DNA of 60,263 bases, filler included. It is 5 parts of 5 records of this genome, joined end to end, with 100 filler letters (N's around TTAATTAATTAA, not from the genome) between each part and the next. Parts side by side here need not be neighbours in the genome. Positions count along the whole stretch, not along the records: positions 14,229 to 31,877 come from SRR2962707_1071; positions 31,978 to 46,423 come from SRR2962707_1072; 3 more parts are not named here. The stretch is one strand, 5' to 3'. The notes beneath the pieces were generated by a model. The model was not told the origin of the DNA and did not search any database. It saw nothing but the letters and a program-made list of their open reading frames with translations. Shown in pieces: positions 28,613-38,641 of this stretch (within the stretch, counting starts at the first letter, position 1; the number at the start of each line of letters is the position of its first letter). The translations under genes and the position numbers were made by a program.

Positions 28613-30193
28613 TTAGAACTCACTGATGAAGTGAAACTCGATATCTGGGAAGTTATCTTCAACCATTTGCAACCAGGCCTTTGATTCCGCCATAAAGACT
28701 AATTTGCCTTCTTTGTCTTTGGCTATGTGGCGTTGCTTATCCTTAATAAAGGCATCCAACTTAGCCGGATCCTTTGAGCTGATCCAGCAAGCTTTGTAAA
28801 TATTTACCGGTTCAAATTTGGCATTGGCCGAATATTCATTCAAAAGCCTGTGTTGCAATACCTCAAACTGGAGTGCTCCAACTGTTCCAACTACTTTTCT
28901 GGAGCCAAGCTCAAATGTGAAGAGCTGTGCCAATCCTTCGTCCATCAATTGGCTAAGCCCTTTATCTAACTGTTTGGATTTCATCGCATCCATATTGATG
29001 ACCTCACGGAACATCTCAGGCGAGAAGGATGGGATGCCTTTGTATAAGCCTTTTTCTCCCTCACTCAAGGTGTCACCTATTTTCAGGTTTCCTGTGTCAT
29101 ACAATCCAACAATATCTCCGGGAAAGGCTTCTTCCACGGTTTCTTTTTGCTGCGCCATGAAAGCGGTAGCATTCGAAAAGCGGATTTGCTTGTCCTGACG
29201 AACGTGATAGTAGTTGCTTCCGCGTTGGAATTTTCCAGAGCACACACGTACGAATGCGATTCGGTTTCGGTGCTTAGGGTCCATGTTGGCGTGAATCTTG
29301 AAAATAAAGCCGGAGAATTTTTTTTCAGCAGGAGTTATTTCACGTTCTTCTGTCTCACGCGGTTTTGGTGGTGGCGCAATTTGAGTAAAGCAATCCAGAA
29401 GTTCTCTCACACCAAAGTTGTTTACTGCACTGCCAAAGAAAACCGGAGCGACCTCTCCACTTAGGTAGGTTTTCTCATCAAATTCGTCATAAACACCATT
29501 CACCAGCTCAATTTCTTCTCGAAGTTCTTTGACTAGTGATTCAGGTAGACGTTTATCAAGTTCCGGATCATCAACCCCTTTGATGTTCACCACATCATCC
29601 ACACGCTTTTGCTTGTTAGGTTCGTATAGATTGACATTGTTTTCGTAGATATTGTAGACACCTCGTAAGGTTTTACCCATACCTATCGGCCAGCTCATCG
29701 GGCGGACTTTGATGTCTAGCTTTTCCTCTATCTCGTCCAAAAGGGTGAAAGCGTCTTGCCCTTCTCGATCCAGCTTGTTGATGAAGCAGATCACCGGGGT
29801 ATTTCGCATGCGGCAGACTTCCATGAGCTTTTCTGTCTGCTCCTCCACACCTTTCACACAGTCAATCACCATGATTACACTGTCAACAGCTGTTAGTGTT
29901 CGGTAAGTGTCTTCTGCAAAGTCTTTGTGACCAGGAGTATCCAGAATATTGATCTTCAGGTCTTTGTATTCAAAACCCATTACAGAGGTAGCGACAGAAA
30001 TACCTCTTTGTTTTTCAATGTCCATCCAATCAGAGCGTGTGCCTATATCAATCTTATTGGATTTTACTGCCCCCGCTGTTTGAATGGCTCCTCCGAAAAG
30101 AAGCAATTTTTCTGTCAGTGTTGTTTTACCTGCATCGGGGTGGGCGATGATTCCAAACGTTCTGCGTCTGCCTATTTCCTGCTCCAGCGTCAT
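28613..30193 (-). CDS. prfC: Peptide chain release factor 3
   Basis: [47 protein letters not shown]. Confidence 0.98.
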   Translation of the reverse strand: MTLEQEIGRRRTFGIIAHPDAGKTTLTEKLLLFGGAIQTAGAVKSNKIDIGTRSDWMDIEKQRGISVATSVMGFEYKDLKINILDTPGHKDFAEDTYRTLTAVDSVIMVIDCVKGVEEQTEKLMEVCRMRNTPVICFINKLDREGQDAFTLLDEIEEKLDIKVRPMSWPIGMGKTLRGVYNIYENNVNLYEPNKQKRVDDVVNIKGVDDPELDKRLPESLVKELREEIELVNGVYDEFDEKTYLSGEVAPVFFGSAVNNFGVRELLDCFTQIAPPPKPRETEEREITPAEKKFSGFIFKIHANMDPKHRNRIAFVRVCSGKFQRGSNYYHVRQDKQIRFSNATAFMAQQKETVEEAFPGDIVGLYDTGNLKIGDTLSEGEKGLYKGIPSFSPEMFREVINMDAMKSKQLDKGLSQLMDEGLAQLFTFELGSRKVVGTVGALQFEVLQHRLLNEYSANAKFEPVNIYKACWISSKDPAKLDAFIKDKQRHIAKDKEGKLVFMAESKAWLQMVEDNFPDIEFHFISEF

Positions 30194-30216
30194 ATTGATC
30201 TAATTGAGGCGCAAAA

Positions 30217-30996
30217 TTAGGCAATAGGATGGAGCATATCTTGTTTTGAGGTTAATTTCAGATTTTCTCTGTATTCAGACCCAATGGGAATAATAAAACC
30301 ACCAACAACCAACTCTTCTCCTATTTGCTTACGTATGAGCTGAGTGTTGACGATGAAGGATTTATGGCATCTTTTGAATGAATCTGGCAGTTCTGATTGT
30401 AGCTCTTCAAGACTTTGGTGAACCATGTATTTATTATCCGCATGTAATATGCTATGATCCCCTTTGCATTCGATGTGGGTTAGTTTATCCATTTTAATGG
30501 ATAATTTTCTGCCTTTATCTGAGATAGTGAGTTCCGGGTGGTGGTTGTCCGGTTCATTGGCGTACCATGCTCTGACAGAGCCAAACATCAATGAAGGAAG
30601 GTAAAAGAAAATAAAATTCAATAGCGATTGCCCCATCAGAATCTCAGTGAAAGTCCGTAGGTTCATTTCCCAGTAATAAAGCGTGAGATATCCTGTATCT
30701 AAAATGGATTCAATGAATGTAATAATTGCAAATAGTCGGATGGTGTAGGCGATTCTTTTTTCAATGCTTTGAGTGTTGTTTTCAGCTATTTTGAACGCAC
30801 TGCCGTAAAACAAATAAGTTTTTAGAACGATCCCATAAAGGCTTGGAATGATGATGGAGTAGTCGTCGCTGTGGAAAGGTCCTAACGTGACAGCCCATTC
30901 CGGGATATTGATTGCAATGAGGATTATGACCCAGATGACAGCATGGGCTTTTTGCTCCCTGGGGGAGAGCTTAAAGAATGGATTTTTTAACTTCAT
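30217..30996 (-). CDS. Membrane-anchored LytTR DNA-binding domain protein
   Basis: About four N-terminal TM segments; C-terminal FKRCHKSFIVN and IPIGSEYR. Confidence 0.8.
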   Translation of the reverse strand: MKLKNPFFKLSPREQKAHAVIWVIILIAINIPEWAVTLGPFHSDDYSIIIPSLYGIVLKTYLFYGSAFKIAENNTQSIEKRIAYTIRLFAIITFIESILDTGYLTLYYWEMNLRTFTEILMGQSLLNFIFFYLPSLMFGSVRAWYANEPDNHHPELTISDKGRKLSIKMDKLTHIECKGDHSILHADNKYMVHQSLEELQSELPDSFKRCHKSFIVNTQLIRKQIGEELVVGGFIIPIGSEYRENLKLTSKQDMLHPIA

Positions 30997-31075
30997 GTCG
31001 ATCGATGAGTCAACTCATAAAGAGTTATGAAGAGATAACTGAAAACAAGTGGTTAGTGTTTCTTACTTTCACATT

Positions 31076-31276
31076 ATGAGAAAACCTTTTCGCTATGTTC
31101 TCTACCTCATGGTTGGATTTTTAATCTACCAGATCATTGATTCCGGAGAGACATCATTGAGTCATACAGAAGTGAAAAACACCCTGATTATTGCCATGAT
31201 TGTGGTGTTTGTCTTGCTGCTTATTGTGAGAGTGATTAAGCAGCGGTATGATGATGGGAGCAATAAAGATTCTTGA
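31076..31276 (+). CDS. Small two-TM hypothetical protein
   Basis: MRKPFRYVLYLMVG..., two hydrophobic helices. Confidence 0.55.
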   Translation: MRKPFRYVLYLMVGFLIYQIIDSGETSLSHTEVKNTLIIAMIVVFVLLLIVRVIKQRYDDGSNKDS

Positions 31277-31373
31277 ATGTTTAGATTTCTGAATTCCGCT
31301 ACGTTTCATCTAGAGCGGCGATCTTATGTGTTTTTTGGATATTAATTTCTAAAGACCTGAAACTATTATTATA

Positions 31374-31771
31374 CGTCATTCCAGTTTTGGAGGAACGACA
31401 AATACCGGAATCTTTAAATTCACTTAATGCCACCAAAAGGAGGTTACGTTTATATCATTACAAATAGGAACCGGACAGTCCTCTACACTGGTGTAACAAA
31501 TAATCTATATTCTAGGATTTATCAGCACAAACAAGGATTTGGATCAATTTGGGCAAGTAAATACAAATGCATTGATCTACTTTATTATGAGTTTCATGGA
31601 CATATTGAAACTGCTATTAAGCGAGAAAAGCAAATAAAGAAATGGAAGCGTCAGTACAAAGAGAATGTGATTAATGAATTTAATCCTGAATGGAGAGACC
31701 TATTTGATGAGGTTGAGGAGATGCATTAGTTTGAGATTCCTGAACTGCACTTCGTTTCGTCAGGAATGACG
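31374..31771. mobile_element. Candidate palindrome-bounded GIY-YIG element
   Basis: Left arm CGTCATTCC...GGAATCT (31374-31413) and right arm AGATTCC...GGAATGACG (31734-31771) are mutually inverted and enclose only the GIY-YIG ORF. Confidence 0.55.
31427..31729 (+). CDS. Small stand-alone GIY-YIG nuclease family protein
   Basis: YVYI...LYTGVT, RIYQHK, AIKREKQIKKW, NPEWRDL. Confidence 0.93.
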   Translation: MPPKGGYVYIITNRNRTVLYTGVTNNLYSRIYQHKQGFGSIWASKYKCIDLLYYEFHGHIETAIKREKQIKKWKRQYKENVINEFNPEWRDLFDEVEEMH

Positions 31772-31850
31772 CAGCGAAAGTTGCTTTGCTCGAAGCGAAA
31801 CCCTTTCCACTTAGACGGGATGGGAGGCGGCACTTCGTAAGCCGGATAGC

Positions 31851-31869
31851 CCTGCCTGCGGCAGGCAGG
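31851..31869. repeat. Perfect palindrome CCTGCCTGC-G-GCAGGCAGG near the contig end
   Basis: 9-bp inverted repeat seen directly in the sequence. Confidence 0.7.
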
Positions 31870-31877
31870 CCGAATAT

Positions 31878-31977
31878 NNNNNNNNNNNNNNNNNNNNNNN
31901 NNNNNNNNNNNNNNNNNNNNNTTAATTAATTAANNNNNNNNNNNNNNNNNNNNNNNNNNNNNNNNNNNNNNNNNNNN
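31878..31977. other. Artificial contig spacer
   Basis: N-run + TTAATTAATTAA + N-run. Confidence 0.98.
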
Positions 31978-32619
31978 CAGCCGCAGGTCGTGGCTGATGA
32001 AGATCAGACCCATGCCGCGCTCGCTCACCAGACGGTCGAGAATGCGCAGAACCTCGATCTGTACGGTTACATCAAGCGCCGAGGTGGGTTCATCGGCGAT
32101 CAGCAGATCGGGTTCGGTGACCAGCATCATGGCGATCATGGCGCGCTGGCCCATGCCGCCGGAGAGTTCATGCGGATAGGCTGCCATCACCCGTTCAGGA
32201 TCGCGGATCTGTACCGCCTCGAGCATGGCCAGCGACTTGTCGCGGGCTTCGGATTTGCCGCCGTGCAGCTTGACCGCCTCCATCAGCTGCTTACCGATGG
32301 TCATCACCGGGTTGAGCGAGAATTTCGGATCCTGCATCACCATCGACATGCGGGCACCGCGAAGCTTGCGCCATTGCTTCGGCGTGGCATTGCGCAGATC
32401 AATGCCGTCGAACTCCAGCCTGTCGGCGGTCGCGGTTCCGGTTACCGGGGTCAAGCCGAGAATGGCACGGCCGGTCTGGGATTTTCCGGAGCCGCTTTCG
32501 CCGACGATGCCCAGCCGTTCGCGGTCGAGGCTGAAACTGACGCCGCGCACCACTTCGACCGGGCCCTGCCGCGAGGGGAAGGCAATGCGCAGGTTTTCGA
32601 CAGACAGAAGCGGGCTCAT
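31978..32619 (-). CDS. dppD: Dipeptide/oligopeptide ABC transporter ATP-binding subunit (3' truncated)
   Basis: GESGSGKS, YPHELSGGMGQR, IADEPTSALD, ISHDL. Confidence 0.9.
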
Positions 32620-33539
32620 TTATCGGCCTTCGGGTCAAGCACGTCGCGCAGGCCGTCACCGAGCAGGTTGAAACCGAGCGACACGGTGAAGATGGCAATG
32701 CCGGGCATGGTCGCCACCCACCAGTAATCGATGATGAAGCGACGGCCACCGGCGATCATCGCACCCCATTCGGGCTGCGGCGGCTGCGCGCCCAGCCCCA
32801 GAAAGCCAAGGCCTGCGGCGGTGAGGATGATGCCCGCCATATCAAGCGTCACCCGGATGATCACCGAGGACAGGCAGAGCGGCACCACGTGGCCCCAGAT
32901 GATGCGTGGCGACGACGCCCCCTGCAGCCGGATCGCGTCAATGTGTTCGGCGTTGCGGATGGTAAGCGTCTCGGCGCGGGCCAGCCTTGCATAGGGCGGC
33001 CAGGAAGTGATGGCGATGGCGATGATGGCGTTCTCGATGCCAGGCCCCAGGGCTGCAACAAAAGCCAGCGCCAGGATCAGCCGCGGGAAGGCCAGAAAGA
33101 TATCGGTGACGCGCATCAGCACGGTGTCGACCCAACCGCCGAAATAGCCTGAGACAGTGCCGACCAGCAGGCCGATGGGTGTGGCGATGATGGCAACCAG
33201 CGCCACCACCATCAGCGTCAACCGAGCGCCATGGACGACACGGCTGAAGATATCGCGCGCCAGATCATCGGTGCCCATCAGGTGTGCCATCGAAGGCGGC
33301 AGCAGCCGTTCGGTGCGCAAGTCGCCGCCGAGCACGGGATCATAAGGCGCGATGACATTGGCAAAAACGGCGACCAGCACCAGCAGCACAACGATCCCGA
33401 GGCCGATCATGCCAAGCCGGTTGCCGGTGAACAGGACCCAGGTCCGCCAGATCTGACCAAGGCGCGCCTGATTGCGCGACGCAGGCTGTTCGCTCCTGAG
33501 CCATTCGCCAAGGCTCTGGCGAGGTGCCTGGGTGCTCAT
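32616..33539 (-). CDS. dppC: Peptide/nickel ABC transporter permease, DppC-like
   Basis: HLMGTDDLARD, GLGFLGLGAQPPQPEWG, FNLLGDGLRD. Confidence 0.9.
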   Translation of the reverse strand: MSTQAPRQSLGEWLRSEQPASRNQARLGQIWRTWVLFTGNRLGMIGLGIVVLLVLVAVFANVIAPYDPVLGGDLRTERLLPPSMAHLMGTDDLARDIFSRVVHGARLTLMVVALVAIIATPIGLLVGTVSGYFGGWVDTVLMRVTDIFLAFPRLILALAFVAALGPGIENAIIAIAITSWPPYARLARAETLTIRNAEHIDAIRLQGASSPRIIWGHVVPLCLSSVIIRVTLDMAGIILTAAGLGFLGLGAQPPQPEWGAMIAGGRRFIIDYWWVATMPGIAIFTVSLGFNLLGDGLRDVLDPKADK

Positions 33540-34600
33540 GTGCGCCTCCTGACCCGGGGGTCGAGCAGCGTGTAGAGGAAATCGGACAGCAGATTGAGGC
33601 CGACGAAGATGATGCCGATCAGCAGGGTGCCGCCAAGCACTGCGTTCATGTCGGCATTCTGCAGAGAATTGGTCAGGTACTGGCCAAGACCGGGCCAGGC
33701 GAACACGGTTTCGGTCAGCACCGAGCCTTCAAGCAGGCTGGCGTAGGACAGCGTGATAACGGTGACCAGCGGTACGGCGGCATTGCGCAGCGCATGCACC
33801 CAGATGATGCGCCATTCGGCCACGCCCTTGACCCGCGCCGTGACCACATATTCCTGCGCCAGTTCGTTAAGCATGAAGCTTCGGGTCATGCGGGCAATAT
33901 AGGCCATGGAATAATACGCCAGCAGCGACGCAGGCAAGGCGATATGGGAGACCACATTTCGGAATGCCCCCCACTGCCCCTGCATCGCGGTATCAAGGAG
34001 AAACAGTCCGGTCGTCGGTGTGAAGGCATATTCATAGGAAATATCTATGCGACCGGGACCGGCGACGATGCCCCATTTGGCGTAGAATACCAGAAGCCCA
34101 AGCAGGCCAAGCCAGAAAATAGGCGCCGAATAGCCCATCAGCCCGACGATGCGCACGACCTGGTCAACCAGCTTGCCTTGCCGGACAGCAGCCCATACGC
34201 CGACCGGGATTCCCAGCAATGTGCCGATCACGATAGCGACGGTGGCGAGTTCCAAGGTGGCGGGAAAGGCGCGGGCGATGTCATCGATGATCGGTTTCTT
34301 GGTGAGCAGGCTTTCGCCGAAATCGCCGGTAACAGCCTTTTTGACGTAAAGTCCGAACTGCACATAGAGCGGGCGATCGAGCCCAAGCTCGACGAAGGCC
34401 TTGTCGTAGGTTGATTGGGAGGCGCGGTCGCCGACAACGGCCAGCACCGGATCAACCGGCACCACCCGGCCAATCAGGAAGGTGACAACGAGAAGGCCAA
34501 AAATGGTGACAGCAATAGTGGCACCGAGCCGCGCGGCTCTGCCAAGGAAAGCCGGAAGGGCGTGTGAACGCCCTTCCGCAAGAGCAGGTGTGGTGGACAA
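33536..34600 (-). CDS. dppB: Peptide/nickel ABC transporter permease, DppB-like
   Basis: GLDRPLYVQF, FPATLEL, YVVTARVKG, TETVFAWPGLG, LLDPR. Confidence 0.9.
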   Translation of the reverse strand: MSTTPALAEGRSHALPAFLGRAARLGATIAVTIFGLLVVTFLIGRVVPVDPVLAVVGDRASQSTYDKAFVELGLDRPLYVQFGLYVKKAVTGDFGESLLTKKPIIDDIARAFPATLELATVAIVIGTLLGIPVGVWAAVRQGKLVDQVVRIVGLMGYSAPIFWLGLLGLLVFYAKWGIVAGPGRIDISYEYAFTPTTGLFLLDTAMQGQWGAFRNVVSHIALPASLLAYYSMAYIARMTRSFMLNELAQEYVVTARVKGVAEWRIIWVHALRNAAVPLVTVITLSYASLLEGSVLTETVFAWPGLGQYLTNSLQNADMNAVLGGTLLIGIIFVGLNLLSDFLYTLLDPRVRRRT

Positions 34601-36196
34601 TTACTTGGTCACAGCCTTGAACGAGTTGTCGTTGAACGACGGGCCAACGATGAAGCCCTCAACGTTCTTGCGGCGCGCCAGTACCTCGATCTCCTGGAAC
34701 ATGATGACAAACGGTGAGGTTTGCTGATGTTCGGTCTGCAGATCGACATACATCTGGGCGCGCTTCTTGGCGTCGCCTTCAAGGATCGCTGCGTCAGCCT
34801 TCAGCGTCATTTCCGGGATGTCCCAGGCATTGCGCCAGGCCAGCGGCTTGGACGCAGCGTCATCGGAGTTGTCCGGGTTGCGGGCGAAGGTGTCGGCGTT
34901 GGTGTGCGGATCCTGATAATCTGGACCCCAACGGCCGATATAGATGTCGTGATTGCGGGCGCGATATTTGGTCAGCGTCTGCTGTCCGTCGCCCGGGATC
35001 AGTTCCATCTTGATGCCGGCCAGCGCCATGGTCTGCTGGATTGCCTGCCCCATCGCGGTGATCTCGTTGGTGTTGCGCGTATCCATGGTGACGGTGAAGC
35101 CGTCAGGCAGGCCTGCTTCGGCGAGCAGTTCCTTGGCCTTCTCGACGTTGAGCGAGAAGGGGGTGTCTTCCAGGGCACCGAGGAACCCGCGCGGCAGGAA
35201 GGCCTGATGCGGGATCACTTTACCCTTCATGATGGTGTCGGAGATGGTGGCATAGTCGACCAGATATTTCATCGCCTGACGCACTTCAGGCTTGGCCAGA
35301 TTTTCATTCTTCTGGTTCAGACCGAGATAGTAGATCGATCCCTTGACGCCGCTTTCGATGACAATGTCGGCGTTGGTCGACATCGCGGTGATTTCCTCGG
35401 CGCTGACATTGCGGGCGATATCGATATCGCCCTGTTCAAGCAGCAGCCGCTGGGTCGCGGTTTCAGGGATATGCCGATAGATGGAGCGCGCCATCGCCGG
35501 GGCATTGCCGGAATAATTGTCATTGCGCTCAAGCACGACTGCTTCGTTGGCGCGCCAATCGCGAATGCTAAAGGCGCCGGAGCCGGCATAATTGGTCTTG
35601 AGCCAGTTGTAACCAAAATCACCATCAACTTCGTGGCTCTTGACCACTTCGCTGTCGACGATGAAGCCGACTGTTGCGGTCAGGCAATAGAGCACCAGCG
35701 TCGGCGCATAGGGCTTGTCCATCTCGAATTCGAAGGTCATGTCGCCGGTCTTGCGGATCATGGCGTCGACATTGTCGGCGTTGAAACCGAACTGGGTGAG
35801 AATGAATGCAGGCGACTTGTCGAGCTTGATAACCCGCTGCAGCGTATAGACTGCATCGTCAGCCGTGATCGGGTTGCCGGAGGCAAACTTCATGCCGTCA
35901 CGGATGGTGAAAGTGAAGATCTTGCCGTCTTCGGAGATGTCCCATTTCTCGGCCACAACGCCGAAGATCTCGGACACATCCTTGACGTTGTAACCCACCA
36001 GACCCTGATAGGAGTTGCCGAGAATTTCCGATGCGCTGAACTCGAAAACTTCAGCCGGGTCGAGGGTGATGATGTCGTCGATCGCCCAGGCCTGAATGAG
36101 TGTGTCGGCCGGTGTTTCGGCTTCTGCCGTGACCGGCGCAAAGGTTGCGGCCGTGCACATAAGCGCCACTGCAAAGAATTTCTGAATATGTTTCAC
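34601..36196 (-). CDS. dppA: Family 5 ABC substrate-binding protein, DppA-like
   Basis: Signal peptide from GTG at 36196 with GGGAG RBS; TLDPAEVFE, KFASGNPITADD, WGPDYQDP. Confidence 0.88.
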   Translation of the reverse strand: MKHIQKFFAVALMCTAATFAPVTAEAETPADTLIQAWAIDDIITLDPAEVFEFSASEILGNSYQGLVGYNVKDVSEIFGVVAEKWDISEDGKIFTFTIRDGMKFASGNPITADDAVYTLQRVIKLDKSPAFILTQFGFNADNVDAMIRKTGDMTFEFEMDKPYAPTLVLYCLTATVGFIVDSEVVKSHEVDGDFGYNWLKTNYAGSGAFSIRDWRANEAVVLERNDNYSGNAPAMARSIYRHIPETATQRLLLEQGDIDIARNVSAEEITAMSTNADIVIESGVKGSIYYLGLNQKNENLAKPEVRQAMKYLVDYATISDTIMKGKVIPHQAFLPRGFLGALEDTPFSLNVEKAKELLAEAGLPDGFTVTMDTRNTNEITAMGQAIQQTMALAGIKMELIPGDGQQTLTKYRARNHDIYIGRWGPDYQDPHTNADTFARNPDNSDDAASKPLAWRNAWDIPEMTLKADAAILEGDAKKRAQMYVDLQTEHQQTSPFVIMFQEIEVLARRKNVEGFIVGPSFNDNSFKAVTK

Positions 36197-36457
36197 TTTA
36201 AGCTCCCGGTTAAGAGTGATCCCGTTGGCATGCTGGAGGGTGCGGAAATTACCCCTTGTCACCCTTGGAAACATCAATGAGGTCACAGCCCCATGAACCT
36301 GTCAAGCACGCGGGAGTGCTCCCTATGCAGCCAGAGATTGAACCCCGCCGGAACAACGCGGAAAGCCGGGCTCATTCGTAATTTCGAATATACCAAGATA
36401 ATCAAGTCATCGATATGTCTGATGTAATTGGCGTTCAGCCATCTGCTACACTCGGCT

Positions 36458-37462
36458 TCAGACCCCGGCCAGACCAGAGGAAACTGCGCCCCAGGCCAGC
36501 GCCAGAAGAAACACCGTTTCCACCACGATCACCGCCACATGCCGCCACCCCAGATCCAGCATGGCCTTCATGTTGGTGCGCACGCCAAGCGCGGAGATCG
36601 CGATCACCAGCAACCATGAGGACGCATCAACCAATACAGCCGCACCCGAGGCTGGAATAAGCCCGGTGCTGTTGGCGAGAGTGACGGCGCCAAAACCGAC
36701 GACAAAGAGCGGCAGCCGCACCTGCGAGAAACCGCTTTCACGGTTGGCTGTGGCTAGGGCGACAATAATCAACACCACCGGGAGAAGCGTAACACGCAGC
36801 AATTTGACGATGGTTGCGGTGTCACCTGCTTCCGTCGAGATCGAGTAGCCCGCACCCACAACCTGAGCCACGTCATGAACCGTGGCGCCGATCAGAAAAC
36901 CGCTTTGCGCGTCGGTCAATCCGGCAAGACCGAACAGCACCGGATAGATGATCATGGCAATGGTCGACAGCGTGGTGACGGCAACGACCGTGAACAGCAC
37001 ATTGCGATCGGTCTTGTCGTTGGCGGGGATCACGGCGGCCAGAGCAAGTGCCGCCGAGGCTCCGCAGATCGCTACCGCGCCACCGGTCAGAATGGCAAAT
37101 CGCCAGCCGCGCGAAAACAGTTTTGCACAAATGAAGCCAAATCCGATGGTCAGCGCCATCAGGCTTGCAACTGTAATCAATCCCGAGGTTCCGATGCCGG
37201 CGATATCGCCCAGTGTGATGCGCGCGCCAAGCAGCACGATACCGAGCCTGAGCAGGGTTTTGGAGGCAAGGACCACACCTTCCGAGGTGCGCTCCTGATC
37301 GGCCATGAAGTTGAAGGCCATGCCGATGAGCAGCGCGAACAGCATTACCGGCGCCCCGTAATGCTCGGACAGGAATTTCGCCGCGGCGGCAATGGTCAAG
37401 GCCAGCAGGAGACCGGGGAAAAGGCTTCGTGCGCGATCCGGCAAATTGGATAGAAAGGCCAT
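36458..37462 (-). CDS. YeiH / putative sulfate exporter (PSE) family protein
   Basis: LLRLGIVLLG, GGAVAICGASAA, GATVHDVAQVVGAG, VKLLRV; start at MAFLSN with GGAG RBS. Confidence 0.88.
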   Translation of the reverse strand: MAFLSNLPDRARSLFPGLLLALTIAAAAKFLSEHYGAPVMLFALLIGMAFNFMADQERTSEGVVLASKTLLRLGIVLLGARITLGDIAGIGTSGLITVASLMALTIGFGFICAKLFSRGWRFAILTGGAVAICGASAALALAAVIPANDKTDRNVLFTVVAVTTLSTIAMIIYPVLFGLAGLTDAQSGFLIGATVHDVAQVVGAGYSISTEAGDTATIVKLLRVTLLPVVLIIVALATANRESGFSQVRLPLFVVGFGAVTLANSTGLIPASGAAVLVDASSWLLVIAISALGVRTNMKAMLDLGWRHVAVIVVETVFLLALAWGAVSSGLAGV

Positions 37463-37645
37463 TGATGCAGCTCCGCAATTCAAAAAATCATAAAAAACAA
37501 ATGACCGAGTGTCCGCGTCCGGGCGACCTGTTCCAATCCTTGTGTGGAGCGGCAAGAGATCATGACACCCCGACATCTCCCAGCCTGTTTACACTGTCAA
37601 CAGACGCATGCCCGAATAGTCGACACACATTCGCAGGATTGCCGC

Positions 37646-38641
37646 TCAGGGCTTGAGAACTATTTTCGGCGCCGCGGCCCGGCCGCCTTTGATATCGGCA
37701 AAAGCTTCCGCACCGTCTTCAAGCGCCCGTATCTCCGCCCAGTCGAGAGCTCCCAGACGGCCATCAAAAATCGCTGCCGCGGTGTGCCGGAAATCCTCGG
37801 GCGTGTATGTGTAAGCCCCGATGAAGGTGATCTCCTGCAGCGTCATGCGGCGGATGTCCAGGCCACCGGATGCATCGCCAAGGCCTATATGGACGATGAC
37901 GCCGCCCGGCCGCGCCGAGCGGCTGGCGGTTGCTCGTGTTGCTGGAAAGCCGACGCCGTCAATCACCAGATCGTAGCCACCAGGATCCGCTGTATTGATC
38001 TCATCGGGCGAGACGATCGTGAAATTTCCGGCGGATTTCAATGCCGGGATACGGCGCTGATTGGCTTCGCTGATGCTGATATCTGCAGCCCCGTTGGCGC
38101 TCAGAGCCAGTGCCGCGCCAAGACCGATCGCGCCGCCGCCGATCACGAGGCAACGCGCTTGTGTCAACGGCACGTCAAGGGCCCGGGCACCGAGCCGCAT
38201 CGCATGCCAGCCGCAGGCCAGGGGTTCTGACAGACAGGCCTTTTCGAACGACACATGATCCGGCATTTCAACCAGGTTTTCAGCAGGAACGGCGATGTAT
38301 TCGGCAAAGGCGCCCTGACGCGGCGCCATCGACAGGATCTGGCGCTGCGGGCACAAATTGTTGCGCCCGGACTCGCAGGCCCGGCAATGACCGCAGGTGG
38401 CGAGTGGATTGACGGTAACCCGCCTGCCCGTACCCGGCCCCTCGACCACGACGCCAGCGGCTTCATGGCCGAGAATCAGCGGCGCCGGACGACGCTCGTC
38501 ATGGCCCAGATAGGCATGCATGTCGGAGCCGCAGATGCCGACCGCCTCGACCCGGACCAGACACTCGCCGGACGGGACAACAGGGGCCGGCTCCTCGCGA
38601 TAGGCGAGGCTTTCAGGGGCGGTGTAAACAAGGGCTTTCAT
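37646..38641 (-). CDS. hpsP: Zn-dependent alcohol dehydrogenase, probable DHPS dehydrogenase HpsP
   Basis: GICGSDMH, GHE, CGHCRAC...C Zn site, GGGAIG; follows hpsN-hpsO. Confidence 0.8.
   Translation of the reverse strand: MKALVYTAPESLAYREEPAPVVPSGECLVRVEAVGICGSDMHAYLGHDERRPAPLILGHEAAGVVVEGPGTGRRVTVNPLATCGHCRACESGRNNLCPQRQILSMAPRQGAFAEYIAVPAENLVEMPDHVSFEKACLSEPLACGWHAMRLGARALDVPLTQARCLVIGGGAIGLGAALALSANGAADISISEANQRRIPALKSAGNFTIVSPDEINTADPGGYDLVIDGVGFPATRATASRSARPGGVIVHIGLGDASGGLDIRRMTLQEITFIGAYTYTPEDFRHTAAAIFDGRLGALDWAEIRALEDGAEAFADIKGGRAAAPKIVLKP

Noticed and set aside
34721..36280. Long antisense ORFs (519 aa here; also 39311-40666, 10298-11413, 6657-7568)
   Set aside because: Shadow frames of GC-rich genes with strong codon bias; no recognisable motifs.
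4732..37462. TauE, SulP and YeiH as one sulfur-handling system
   Set aside because: They are on different contigs; TauE and SulP sit in housekeeping context.
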